Positions 1 to 12,259 of a stretch of DNA of 62,585 nucleotides are shown piece after piece (within the stretch, counting starts at the first letter, position 1; every line of letters starts with the position of its first letter). The stretch spans positions 64,099,167-64,161,751 of the forward strand of contig JARDVH010000042.1 of NCBI GenBank assembly GCA_030324005.1, in the 5' to 3' direction. A model generated the notes under the pieces. The model did not search any database and was not told where the DNA came from. It saw only the letters and a list, made by a program, of their open reading frames with translations. This DNA comes from Negaprion brevirostris (taxonomy: Eukaryota). A program made the position numbers and the translations under genes.

Positions 1-1141
1 GTTGAGTTTTTGGTCAATGACAACTTCAAGGATATTGATAGTGGGGGATTCAATGATGGTTACATCATTGATGTTGCAGATTGTTATGATCTTGGCTGAA
101 AGCAGTAAGTTTAGTTTTAAAGAAGGAACCCAAAATTCCAGTTATTTACTGAAAGAATGAAGCTACAATTTTCTACGATTTAAGACATCTTGCTCCAGAT
201 GTTTCTCCAGATACCGAGAAATCAATGTTTTCTCCTCACTTGGCATACAGAGCACCAGTGACCTCTTTTGGTAATACTAATTATCTGGTAACATTCATCG
301 AAAAACTGAAAAATGTTAGAAAAGTCATCTGCTCATGTCTCAAAGGATCCTGACATGAAGAATGTTATGACTGTGACTAACTTTAGAGCCACTGTCAGGA
401 AATTGTTTAAAGCTGGAAATCTATCTACAATTATTTTGGATTTCCATGAGCATGTCCTTCGTAATCAACATTGCTCCTTACATACCTCAACCTTGGCAAG
501 GAAAGATGTAAGGGAATTACTCCCTAAAGGCTGTGGATAGATACGGAGAGGGAAGATTTCACTATGGGTGCAAATCCCATTATGGCCGTAACCTCTCACA
601 ATGGGGATATAATATGATTTGTGCCAAGGAGATCTCAGAATGAAATCCACATCCACTCCATCTCACCCTACCGCCCGCTCCCCTCCCCACTCCCTCCAAG
701 CTGGTGAGGCAAACAAGTTCACACCCAGTGAGGGCTTGAAACTGATTACCATGAACTCAAATAGATTTAAATATTCTTAAACAGCTTAACACCTCCAGCA
801 GTCAACATGATCAGTCCGGGAGGCTGGTGTAGCCTCCAAGTGGTCAGGAACATGGCGCAATAGTGCCATGTAGTATCAATGCCAAGAAATGTCAATACCA
901 AGTAATGTCAATGCCGAGGAGTGGGGCATGAGGGCAAGGGAAGAATTAATGCTTCAGTTAAATGACTTTTCATCAGAACTGAGAACAGTTTGAAAAGTTA
1001 TAGGTTCTAATCAGATGAAGTAAAATTGAATATCAAAGTTTCCAAATGATATTAAGAAGGACAGAAAGCTGTATAGATGGGAGCAGGAAGTTAATAAGGG
1101 ACATTGATAGATGTGAGCATGTGGATAACACTGTTGCAGAT

Positions 1142-1927
1142 TGTTATGATCTTGGCTGAAAGCAATAACTTTAGTTTTAAAGAAAGAACGCAAAATTCCA
1201 GTTATTTACTGAAAGAATGAAGCTACAAGATTCCACAGTTTAAAACAGAAGATTTTTCTTTATCAAACAAGAGTCAAACAAAGAATGCTATCTAACCCAG
1301 AACTAACTCTAAAACCNNNNNNNNNNNNNNNNNNNNNNNNNNNNNNNNNNNNNNNNNNNNNNNNNNNNNNNNNNNNNNNNNNNATTGAATGGCAGGTATA
1401 CCTAAGACAGACCTTACAAATTTGCTCAACACTTCACCAGCATTGATGTCATCAATCTCAGTCACAAAGTCATTCGGAACTCCGTCTACCTCACAAAAGC
1501 TGTCAACTGTCTCCTTTCAGAACTTAGCCTGATCCCCATCTGACAGCAGTGCGCAACTAACCCATGTTCCATGGAAATGGTATTCAGCAAAAACAGCACA
1601 CATCTGCAGAATCTCCTCAATTCTGCTTATGACCATCAATGTTATCTTCAAGTAACAGAAACAGCAACAACAACTGTATCTGTGCTTAATCTCCACTTCT
1701 GGATCTTGCCTCAGTCTCCTTCAGCTTGTCTGTACTGCATTGCTGGAGCCGTCATCTACCAACTGCTAATGGCTTTGCCTTCTTTTGCATAGTTTCAATC
1801 AGACGTTTTGGTTTCCATTTCTTAGTTTCCTTAGAAATTGGGTGGGCCAGTTTCCCTTCTCAATTTCCCTTTTAAATCAGGATCTATACCAAAAAATACA
1901 AGGTTTGAAACTGTGGATTCTATCACA
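1142..1927. mobile_element. Solo LTR (ERV/Gypsy-like) inserted into an old CR1 fragment
   Basis: TGTTATG...ATCACA termini; flanks AGAT (1138-1141) and AGGT (1928-1931) form a 4-bp TSD with one mismatch; CR1 RT-like sequence on both sides (1081-1141, 1928-2140). Contains an N gap. Confidence 0.6.
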
Positions 1928-2154
1928 AGGTAGGGTTCCCATTTGAGAAGTGAAAGGATCTGAGCAAAAACAATTGAAATATTTCTGAATGGAAAAAGAC
2001 TATGAACTAAGGAAGGGCAAAAGAAATTATTTTGCCCACCACGTAAATCAGCATCACATAAATTACAGGTAGAAAATACATTCAAAAAAGGTTCATGAAA
2101 TATTGACCTTTATTTCAAGGGGTTTGGATTACAAAGCAGTTGACATTCATGGTT

Positions 2155-2405
2155 ACAGAATCATATAATGGTTACAGTGCAGAAGGGGGCCATTTGGCAC
2201 ATTGTGTCTGTACTGTCTCTCCAAATGAACAATTCACTTAGTGCCATTCTCTGGCCTTCTCTCCATAATTCTGCATATTCGTCCTTTTCAGATAATAATC
2301 CAATTCCTTCCTGAACACCTTGATTGAATCTCTCTCCACCACACTCTCAGGCAGTGCATTCCAGATCTTAACCACTCATTGTAAAAGAGGTTTCTCCTCA
2401 TGTCA
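2155..2405 (-). mobile_element. CR1 LINE 3' fragment
   Basis: Reverse-complement CR1 tail (agaatcat...cagaagggggccattt) and C-terminal segment 'accacactctcaggcagtgcattccagat', similar to other copies in the window. Confidence 0.7.
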
Positions 2406-3399
2406 ATATTTGCAAGCAAAGTACAGCTGTAATTTCAAATGATCACAAAATAATGGTGGAAAAGGGAAGCTGTCTATCAAAGCTCATCTATCCAGTTGAT
2501 ATTGACGTACCTCCAATGCAACATCCAATTAGTTCTTGATTAAAGCAGAGATTTTTATTTCCACTACTTTGTGTGGGAAAATATTCTGTGTATTTAATAT
2601 TCTCTTTAGATGAAAGAAATTCCTGATACTTGACTCAAATTTTCTTATTAATTACTGGCTTGAAACTGACCTTTTGTGTTTATAGTTTAGCATAATTACT
2701 TCTCTAAATGTTTCTTTTTCACACCTTTAATAACCTAACCTGTATCTACAAAATCACCTCTCAGGCATCTCTTTAGAAAGCTGTAGAGGCCAAGTTTTTT
2801 CATAAGTGAACCCTCCAGCATATTGTAAAAGATTAATATCAAATATGTAAATCTATGTCTACATCATCAGTGATGCAAGATCATGTGACAACAGAGCCAG
2901 AAGAGAGATAGGTCCATGTAGGGTCTCATGCCAAGTCTGTATTGCACATGGCACAATGTTAGGTAATAGGTAGAGTTTCCTAACAACCTTGCCTCCTGCA
3001 GTATCTGTAAGACTAGATCATGAGCAATGCCATCAAATGTCCATATTGATCATAACAAATCCAGGACTGGGGATCAGCCTCTGGACTCTTCCAATGCTTC
3101 CCTTGGGCTTTGATGGCTGGGATTAGGTGACAGCTCTTGGATAGGCCATGAAACATTGTACCTGATTCTCTTTTCCACTGAGGTCATTGCAAAACAATGT
3201 CTAGTGTAAGCTGATAGATGATTTGCTATCACCTTGTTTTCACCATAGATCAAGGACAAATTTCCACTCCTGCCATTCAAAGAGTGATCTGATCATGGCT
3301 CTGTACAGTTTGATTATGACTTTTTCCTGAAGTTTTTCTCTTGTTTCTAGTGATAAAGTTTAAAATTTAACTGAATTTGCTGAATGCTGCTCTGCACCA

Positions 3400-3960
3400 G
3401 TTGGACATAGGTCGGACCCCATCTGGATGCTATATAGAGTTTTGAAGAAAAGATATACTGATGGGTAGAGCACGGATTTAACAGAATGATGCCAGAGTTT
3501 ACAGGATCATGTTATGAGACTAGGATGCATTAAATGGGCCTTTATTCCATTGAGTTTAGAAGGTCGAGGGGGAATCCAATTGAGATGTTAAAAATGAAAA
3601 AGGAATTTGATTGATGAGCAAAAAAGAAACTATTTATTCTGCTAGGGGAATCAAGAAAAAGGGATCACAACATTAAAGTTAGTGCTGGGCTATTCAGGAG
3701 TGGAATCAGGAAGCATTCTGTTCACCACAGAGGGCATAAGAAATAAAAAAAATTCTCTCCTCCCAATGCAATGGATGCTGGGTCAATTGAAAATTTTAAG
3801 TCTGAGATCATTACATTTTTGATAGGTAAGGGCATCAAAGAATACTGAGCAAAGGGCTGGGGTGGTGGGTTAAACAGAATTAATATACAGGTCAACCATG
3901 AGCTAATTGGATAATGGAACAGGAACAAGACACTGAATGGCCAACTGCTCTTCTTATGCT
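3400..3960 (+). mobile_element. Degenerate CR1 LINE 3' portion
   Basis: Decayed ORF2 C-terminus (RPHL, FNRMMP, YSIEFRRSRG-like segments) ending in the tail 'ctgaatggccaactgctcttcttatg'. Confidence 0.7.
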
Positions 3961-6900
3961 GCTATTCCACAATTAACAGAATGCACAAAAAAAAAGCTGA
4001 GGAATGCTGGTGCTATCATTTTTAACAGTATATTTAAACAAAAATTTTGCAACCTCTAGCTTTTTCTTTGGCACAAAATCAGCAAAGTAAATTTGGATGC
4101 ATTTAGAAGAATACACTTTCTTTGAAGTTGAATATGACTGCAAAACAATCTGCTTAGAACATAAAGAAAGTGGAAATGTATATATATCAGCTCAGAATCG
4201 GCAAAAATGTGGATTTTGCTCTTTCATCAAGATTCAAGAAGCAACTAAATTTTCGGGATGAATTCTATATTTCAATTGGTTTCAATCAGATTTGGAAAAA
4301 AATCTCCCTTTCTCAGTTAGCAAAGTTCTTCAAGTTTGTTCTCATTTGTTGTTACCAGTCATTGGATAATCAAAAGAAAATTAACAAGTCGACATTAATA
4401 GAAAGAATTTCACTATAATATTTTAAGTGATATTTCTTTTATGGTGAAAGGAATTTTCCCAAGTGTCAGTTTAGGTGAGAAAACCGTTTTGAGTTGTGAT
4501 GGCATGTCTGGCACAAATCAGATTGGACTTTTCCCACACTTCATAATTTTTTTGGGAAGGGCGAGCTTTACACAGGTTTTGAGAGAGGCAGGGCCCAAAC
4601 AAGCTGGCAATCTTGGCTTCACAGACATCAGGTGGCATTTTTAAATTGTGCCCTGATATCAAAGTGAAATTGAAGACCCCCCCTCCCTCCCTTCATGGAG
4701 ATCAAGACCTCTCCCCATGAAGGCATGTTTTCCCACCCTCTTCCCCAACATAGATCGCTGGCATTGAGTCATTGAGGCCCTCGCAATGGANNNNNNNNNN
4801 NNNNNNNNNNNNNNNNNNNNNNNNNNNNNNNNNNNNNNNNNNNNNNNNNNNNNNNNNNNNNNNNNNNNNNNNNNNNNNNNNNNNNNNNNNNNNNNNNNNN
4901 NNNNNNNNNNNNNNNNNNNNNNNNNNNNNNNNNNNNNNNNNNNNNNNNNNNNNNNNNNNNNNNNNNNNNNNNNNNNNNNNNNNNNNNNNNNNNNNNNNNN
5001 NNNNNNNNNNNNNNNNNNNNNNNNNNNNNNNNNNNNNNNNNNNNNNNNNNNNNCCCCTCACATCCCCAGCATGCCTAGTCTCTGTTTGTGGAGACCAATA
5101 GTGTATCATGCTAGATTCCCAATGTGCTTGAAACTCAGAGAATCCTGGAGCAGGGAGAATCCAGCTTGGAATTGATTAATCCATGGTTATTTAAGTATGC
5201 TAATCTTGTTCCCACACTCACTGGGCAGGAACCAGATTACATCTGGGTGGGTGGCTGGAAGGATTCCAACAAGGTTTTGCGCCAGTGCTAAATGTGCTAG
5301 GCCCCTCCCGACCCTGCGCCACCTCAATGCGACCTGCACAATACAGCCAAAATAATCACTGCTTTTAAGTTTCAACTATTACATTTCTTATATTAATGTT
5401 TACATTCTGTTTTGGTAGCTATATTAACATTGCTTTCCATTCATCCACAGGTCCTGTTGAAGGCCAATGAAATTTGACTCAATCACAGCAAACAGGTTTG
5501 AGATACAAAATCCTTTATTATTAAACTTGCAGTCACCTGGGTGAAAGAGGAGTGGTTTACAGCCTTTGAAGTGTTTTTTTTAAACAAAGTTCTTTGTATT
5601 AGTTACTTTTAGCCAGTCCCAAAAAAACTCTGAACCTTGATGTTTTTTTTTCCGAACAGTAATACAATGCGTGAACATTTCATGGGAGGATAGTGTCTTT
5701 TCATGAAATAACAAGGCACACTGAAATGTTCTATCAATTGATACTGGGACTTTTGTTTCACATAGCTTTTCATCAGTAAAATTGGATGCTATAATTGGCA
5801 GTGCTTTATTATCACTTGTTGACGTAATTTCATCAAGCCAGAGAATCATCCTTGAACCATTAAATCCAGATAATGATGTTTTATTGAGTCACGTACGTCA
5901 ATGATTGTCAATTTTTTTGACTCCCTTCATTAATGCAGGCTGCTTTCTACTGCATTAGGTTGGTATTATTTCATTATTAATTGAATAATAGTTCATATTA
6001 TCAATCGTTCATGTTGTTTTTCTCCCTTTTAGCATCAAGCCACTAAAAATATGGACCTTGGCAACTCACATTAAAATAAGAAAATAATAGACAGATATTT
6101 ATATCCCCGAATAGAGATTTTGTTTGATCAATACACTGTAATCACAGTTGGAATGATTTTTTTCCTTCGCCAGAGAGGGCATGTTTGAACTTCACTTTGA
6201 TTCTAACAGGTAAATCAAGAAAAAGAAACTTCTCAATTATTCACTCGTATGTTAATAGTTTAACTTGTCCTGAACAATATTTTTGAGAAATTCAAAAGTT
6301 GCTTATGTTAGCAAGTAAAGAACACATTTTTCATCATTTTTAGAAACATAAACCAGAAATGTATGTTCCTCATAGCATCCAACTCCCTGTGGGTTCTGAA
6401 GGTGGTTGTCGACGGGGAAGTGGGGGAGTGTAAAATAGCATGGGCAGGATCCCCTTCCTTCCCCAACCTGGATGGATTCTCTGGTTAATGGCCATTTAAG
6501 GGTCTCTTCCCGCTCAGGCAGTGATGAGTGATGACTGAGAGTGGGAAACAAAAACATTTCTCACCATCGATCTCGGGTGGGAATGGGAAGCAGGGGAGGG
6601 AGGGTTGCGTGCCTTCATTGGAAGGCCTCTTCAGACTGGGAGGCACCCTCTCCTCACAGACTTCCTCGGAGGTTCAGACCTTCAACCCTCCATAACCGCC
6701 CAATTCGGCCTTGCCTTCAACATGATCACCTGACTAGTAACCCCCAAGGGCATCTAGAACGTTCCCCTCCCCAGGATTATTCATGGCACAACAAAGTTCA
6801 TTGACATGCGGCTGGAGTGTGGAAAATGCTGCCCTTAGTCTCAGTCATGACACTATAGTACATCTTCTAGCCACTGTAACACTGTGCCTAGAAGACTGGA

Positions 6901-7060
6901 GGGGCTGGAGAGCTGTCAGTCAATCTATTTGGTTGATTGACTCTCCAAGGTGGACTTCCTTCCAAATATGGATGCTGATCAGAGTGTGAAATGGCAGCAG
7001 GCTTGTCAGAGTCAGCAGGGAACATTCAGGCCAGAGGAACAAAGTACAAAAATACATATC

Positions 7061-7299
7061 TGTAGTATAGGGGTCTGGCACATCAACACAGTGATGTAGG
7101 AGAACACATGACTTGCACCTATGGGATAGGTTTGCGTTGGACAGAGCTGAGTGCACAAGCAAGCATGGAGACAGTTCTCTGCTTCAACTCTTTATTGTGA
7201 GTATGTATATGGTCCTTATAATTAATAAATATATAGTTAACCTATTTATGACTACAAAGACTTCATGAGGACATACAAAATGGTATCTAACACCCTACA
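7061..7299 (+). mobile_element. Solo LTR-like element (same family as 10614-10922)
   Basis: TGTAG...CTACA ends, internal AATAAA; shares blocks such as 'agaacacatgac-tgcacc' and 'gttggac-gagc' with 10614-10922. 5' boundary uncertain; no clear TSD. Confidence 0.5.
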
Positions 7300-7900
7300 G
7301 CTTGGTGCCATCAAATAGAAAAAACCAAAACCTTGCAAAAAATGTAGGGCTGAATTTTCCCAAAGTTTTCTGTGTATCATAATGGGATAAAAATGGAATA
7401 AACTGCACTGTCTCTTGCGCACATTTCACATTGCAATCCTTCAACACTTAGTCACTTCTTTTGAGAGTTGAGAGTTTTGTGCTGGCACTGAGGNNNNNNN
7501 NNNNNNNNNNNNNNNNNNNNNNNNNNNNNNNNNNNNNNNNNNNNNNNNNNNNNNNNNNNNNNNNNNNNNNNNNNNNNNNNNNNNNNNNNNNNNNNNNNNN
7601 NNNNNNNNNNNNNNNNNNNNNNNNNNNNNNNNNNNNNNNNNNNNNNNNNNNNNNNNNNNNNNNNNNNNNNNNNNNNNNNNNNNNNNNNNNNNNNNNNNNN
7701 NNNNNNNNNNNNNNNNNNNNNNNNNNNNNNNNNNNNNNNNNNNNNNNNNNNNNNNNNNNNNNNNNNNNNNNNNNNNNNNNNNNNNNNNNNNNNNNNNNNN
7801 NNNNNNNNNNNNNNNNNNNNNNNNNNNNNNNNNNNNNNNNNNNNNNNNNNNNNNNNNNNNNNNNNNNNNNNNNNNNNNNNNNNGTTAGTAGTGATTCATT

Positions 7901-8120
7901 GTGAGAAGTCTCACAACACCAGCTTAAAGTCCAACAGGTTTATTTGATAGCACAAGCTTTCGGAGCGCTGCTCCCTTCCCAGGTGAGTGGCAAGTTGTAT
8001 TCACAAACAGGGCATATATAGACACAAACTCAAACTCAATTACAAGATAATGGTTAGAATGTGAGTCTTTACAGATGCAGACAATGTGAGTGGAGAGAGG
8101 GTTAAGCACAGGTTAAAAAG
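7901..8120 (-). mobile_element. Penelope-like element terminal repeat fragment
   Basis: 'aagtctcacaacaccagcttaaagtccaacaggtttatttg...agctttcggagcgctgctcc' is homologous to the arms of 16435-16897. Confidence 0.6.
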
Positions 8121-8159
8121 TACAAGGCACAGTCTCATAAATTTCTGATAAAGCTCCTG

Positions 8160-8400
8160 AGATACGTTTGTTCACACGGAGGGTGGTGAGTGTCTAGAAC
8201 AAGCTGCCAGATATATTAGTAGAGGCGGGTACAGTTTTGTCTTTTGAAAAGCATTTAGACAGTTACATGGGTGAGATTGGTATAGAGGGATATGGACCAA
8301 ATGCGGGCAATTGGGACTAGCTTAGTGATAAAAATTGGGCAGCATGGACAATGTGGGCCGAAGGGCCTGTTTCCATGCTGTAAACCTCTATGATTCCATG
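8160..8400 (+). mobile_element. CR1 (HER1-like) LINE 3' end
   Basis: FTRRVVSV.NKLP-like coding remnant and tail 'gggccgaagggcctgtttccatgctgtaaacctctatg'; closely matches 10040-10270 and 39195-39390. Confidence 0.8.
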
Positions 8401-8697
8401 GCTATCCAAATAAATGCAAGTTGTTTCTGACATATTAACCAATTCTCAACTGGTAATTGTTCCTTTGGCACAGAGAGGCACTGACGAGGATTCTGTGGAA
8501 TTTGTGCGGATATTTAAATACTCAACAGATCAATGATCTCCTCAGCAGGTACTGACAATCTTTACATACCTTCCAGTCTGTTTTCATTTTGCTCACAATT
8601 GGAGGAGATTAATGAATGCAATGGCTTTGTGCACCTGGCAGTGGGGGAGGGGGGGAAGTCTCAATGAAGTACTGGAAATATGTCCCCTTGTTCCACA

Positions 8698-9007
8698 GGT
8701 GGCACGGTGGCACAGTGGTTAGCACTGCTGCCTCACAGCTCCAGGGATGTGGGTTTGATTCCTGGCTTGGATCACTGTCTGTGCGGAGTCTGCACATTCT
8801 CTCCATGTCTGGATGGGTTCCCTCTGGGTGCTCTGGTTTCCTCCCACAGTCCAAAAGACATGCCGGTTAGGTGCATTGGCCATGCTAAATTCTCCCTCGA
8901 TGTACCCGAACAGGCACCAGAGTGTGGCAACTAGAGGATTTTCACAGTAACTTCATTGCAGTGTTAATGTAAGCCTACTTGTGATGCTTATAAATAAACT
9001 TTAACCT
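8698..9007 (+). mobile_element. tRNA-derived V-SINE (HE1-like), full length
   Basis: Pol III A box TGGCACAGTGG, B box-like GGTTTGATTCC, central domain 'ctgtgcggagtctgcacattctctccatgtctg...ggtttcctcccacagtccaaaaga', AT-rich end. Confidence 0.85.
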
Positions 9008-9664
9008 TTTAAGAATGGCCATAGCTGACCACCTGATGGTCATTGTGGAAGTCCCTGCACAGTTAAATATGGACAAAAGCTAACACATCAAATTCATGGA
9101 ATGGAACACTCTTTGCATTGCACCATCATTCCAGCCAAGCCAATACAAAGAGTTAGTAGACAAGACATCTGCACCAGCCAGCTATGATAAAGGTAGGGCT
9201 ATTTGTAACTCTCCTGATGGAAATTTACCACCACTCCCACCCCGGAATCAGAGCGAGCACATCTCACAGAATAAAATTCTCTGCTGGCCTCGGGTAGGAG
9301 ATAACCAGCCTCGCCCAAGCAAGGTCGTAAAATACCAGCCCCCATCTCCAATTTTGTGTTTATGGTTCTTTAGTTACCTGCTCAAAAGCAATTAATCTTA
9401 ACCAAGGGCCTCATCAGCTGAATGTCTTGACCCAAAACCACCCTGTCATCTTCTGAGACTTAAGCTGTTTGGATTAGACAGCTATTGGATTTCATCCTCA
9501 GTTGTGGTTCAAACTCCAAAGCGAAAACCAGACTCCAGACTAGAAACTTTCCTTTGACTTCCAACCTTCTCAAAGTCTGATCTCCAGAAAGAGCCCTGTA
9601 TTTGACCAACAGAGTGAACTAATTTCCAGGACAGAAGAATATTTCACTGCATCTCCAATGGACA

Positions 9665-10270
9665 TTGAAACAGGAGTTGCGATATCTTGTTGAAATTGAT
9701 CAAGACATTGGTAAGGCCACACTTGGAATACTGGGTACACTCTGTTCACTCTATTATAGAATGGATATTATTAAACTCGAAAGAATGCAGAAAAGATTTC
9801 CTAGGATGCTACTGGGACTTGATGGGTTGAGTAAAAAGGAGAGGCTGGATAGTCCAGGACTTTTTTCCCTGGAGTGTAGGAGGCTGAGAGGTGATCTCAT
9901 AGAGGTCTATAAGATAATGAGGGGCATAGATCAGCTCGATATTCAACACCTTTTCCAAAAGGTAGGGGAGTCTAAAGCTAGAGGGCATAGGTTTAAGATG
10001 AGAGGGGAGAGATACAGAAGTGTCCAGAGGGGCAACTTATTCACACAGAGGGTGGAGTGTCTGGAGCACGCTGCCAGAGGTAGTAGTAGAGGCAGGTACA
10101 ATATTGTCTTTTAAAAAGCTTTTAGATAGTTACATGGATATAACGGGTATAGAGGGAAATGGACCAAATGGGACAATTGGGATTAGTTTAGGGATTTTAA
10201 AAAAGAAAGGGTGACATGGACAACTTAGGCCAAATGGCCTGCTTCCATGCCGTAAACCTCTATAACTTTA
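9665..10270 (+). mobile_element. 5'-truncated CR1 LINE
   Basis: ORF track gives 'DIIKLERMQKRFPRML...FSLECRRLRGDLIEVYKIMRG...ARGHRFK', the CR1 ORF2 C-terminus, followed by the 3' tail. Confidence 0.9.
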
Positions 10271-10613
10271 TAAGCTCCCTGGCCTGACCATTGCACTAGT
10301 AGAGTGCCACTATAGCGCTTCACTCAAAGACCAGAAGATTCTGTGCACCGGATTCTGCATGGGCTCTGTATATTTAAATGCTACTTTAAATTTGCTAATT
10401 GGCTCTTCACCCAGAAAAGACATGAAAGGGTTCACGCAGGGGCAGGGAACATAGCAAATCATTTGGCACAGGGTGTCAATCGAATTATTACCATCTCACG
10501 TTAGTTTCCCAGATCACTGTGCTGTTCGTTAGATGGTGAGGTGATAAAATTGTGCCCACAGAGCCAAACTGAAATCAGAGACTTGAAAGGGGGAGATGGG
10601 GTAATAATAATGA

Positions 10614-10922
10614 TGTAAGTACATAGAGTAAACTAGAATACCTTGAATTACGCTGGTTAAAGTCTTGGGGAGCTGATAAGGATCTGGCACATATAGGGTT
10701 GTGGGGCAGAATACAGTACCATATGCACAGTAATGGAACAGAACACATGACCTGCACCGAGGGTTCAATCCCATGTTGGACTGAGCCGTGTGCATAAGCA
10801 AACATAAGACTGCTCCTAACTTTACTTCATGCGTCTACATAGATATTGTAGTTAATAAATGTATGCAGTTAAGACTATGAAGATTTTATTAAGGTTTTAC
10901 TGATGATATCCAACCTCCTACA
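10614..10922 (+). mobile_element. Solo LTR-like element
   Basis: TGTAAG...CCTACA ends, internal AATAAA, homologous to 7061-7299. Confidence 0.55.
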
Positions 10923-12045
10923 ATATATCAACTTACAAATGTGATCAAAAGGAAAGATGACAACTTCAGAATTGCCCAGTATTGCTACTTTGACTCAAAT
11001 TAACAAATAGTAACACATTGACTAGTGCAAAACACTTGTAGTCTAACTTAGAATTGTGAAGGCACTCCATCGTGATCCTGTAAAGACCTAATTATAGAAT
11101 CAGAAAAAGTTAAAGGCCAAAGATATCTTTCCCTCCTTCAATGAACAAGCACAGTATGGTATATAATATATATCTTGTAAAGTAGGGCTGAAACAAAAAC
11201 AAAAGAAAGAAAAAAACGCTGGTCATGAACAGTTCAGACCCTTTGCATTTAGATATCCTTTTTGAAGATAATGGTGTCTCGTGCTGAAATGGGATATTTT
11301 GTGAACAAAGTCCTGTCCGTGCATATAAAATATCATTTTGCAGTTTGAATTTGGTATAATGTTTGTTGTTTTCACCTCTTTGACTAACTACTACACTCTT
11401 TTTTTGCATTAAATTTAGAGAATTTCTGTCAAGGCTCCTCCGATTTGATCATTTGCTTCATTAATACCCTGGAATAAATATCAGTGCAAACTACCTTATC
11501 TGCTTTCAAAGGCCTTAATCTCATAATAGACTCTTGCTTGCTCTCTCTAGTTTCTATTTGATACTCTGTTGATGTCTGTAAGGCTTTGGTTACTGGCACT
11601 AGCAAAATGTCATGATTCTCTCGTGAATGTAAATAAGAAGGCATTATTCAAAAGCCATTCCATCACCTGAGTTAATGGCAGGCGCCCATCTCAGTCATTA
11701 ATGACCTGCTTTCCTCCTTAAGGTTCTGCCTATCACTAATATAACAAGATGCATCACAGTCTTTTCTGCTCACATAAATTGTTTCTTTCCTAATTTTTGT
11801 TAATTTTTAATTTTAACATTTCTAATCTTTAGTCTCCTTTTATATTAAAGCCAATCTTCTCTCCTGGAATCCTTACTTCAAGTGAACTCCTTGTTATCTC
11901 ATTTTCTAGCTGTTTGTTTCCCTCTCAAAAAGTAACAGCCTTGGTCTTGGAATTATCATTTCAAGGGCACATATCTTCCATGCTTGTAGTGTTTCTTTTT
12001 CCACGTGATTAAATTTTCCATCATTATTTTCTTTTCTGATGAAAG

Positions 12046-12259
12046 GTTCCCTAGAAAATGGCCCAAAGCTTCAATCAACATTGGAAATGCTGATCGGACA
12101 GAAAACCGCCCACTCACCTGGAGATGCTTTTTCTGGCCAAAACTTCCGATTCAAGATGCTAGAAGAATGTGCTCAGCACAGCAATCCGTGGAGAGAACAG
12201 CAAAGAGAATCAGTGCCAAAGCCATGCCCACTTTTGACAGCACTCACTGCCATATTGTG
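12046..12259 (+). CDS. Candidate internal exon of an unidentified host gene
   Basis: Pyrimidine tract plus AG (ttttcttttctgatgaaag) before 12046 and consensus donor G|GTAAGT after 12259. The 214 nt are non-repetitive and open in two frames (e.g. SLENGPKLQSTLEMLIGQKTAHSPGDAFSGQNFRFKMLEECAQHSNPWREQQRESVPKPCPLLTALTAIL). Protein not recognised. Confidence 0.35.

Noticed and set aside
5841-5853. 13-mer GAGAATCATCCTT also found inverted at 49951-49963
   Set aside because: Matches of this length are expected by chance in 62 kb and the similarity does not extend.
8701-8770. tRNA gene
   Set aside because: The A/B boxes belong to a SINE head that continues into the V-domain; no cloverleaf 3' end.
11110-11409. 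Minus-strand 99-aa ORF with a strong acceptor near 11189
   Set aside because: The ORF translates through a polypyrimidine tract; no convincing donor or recognisable peptide follows.
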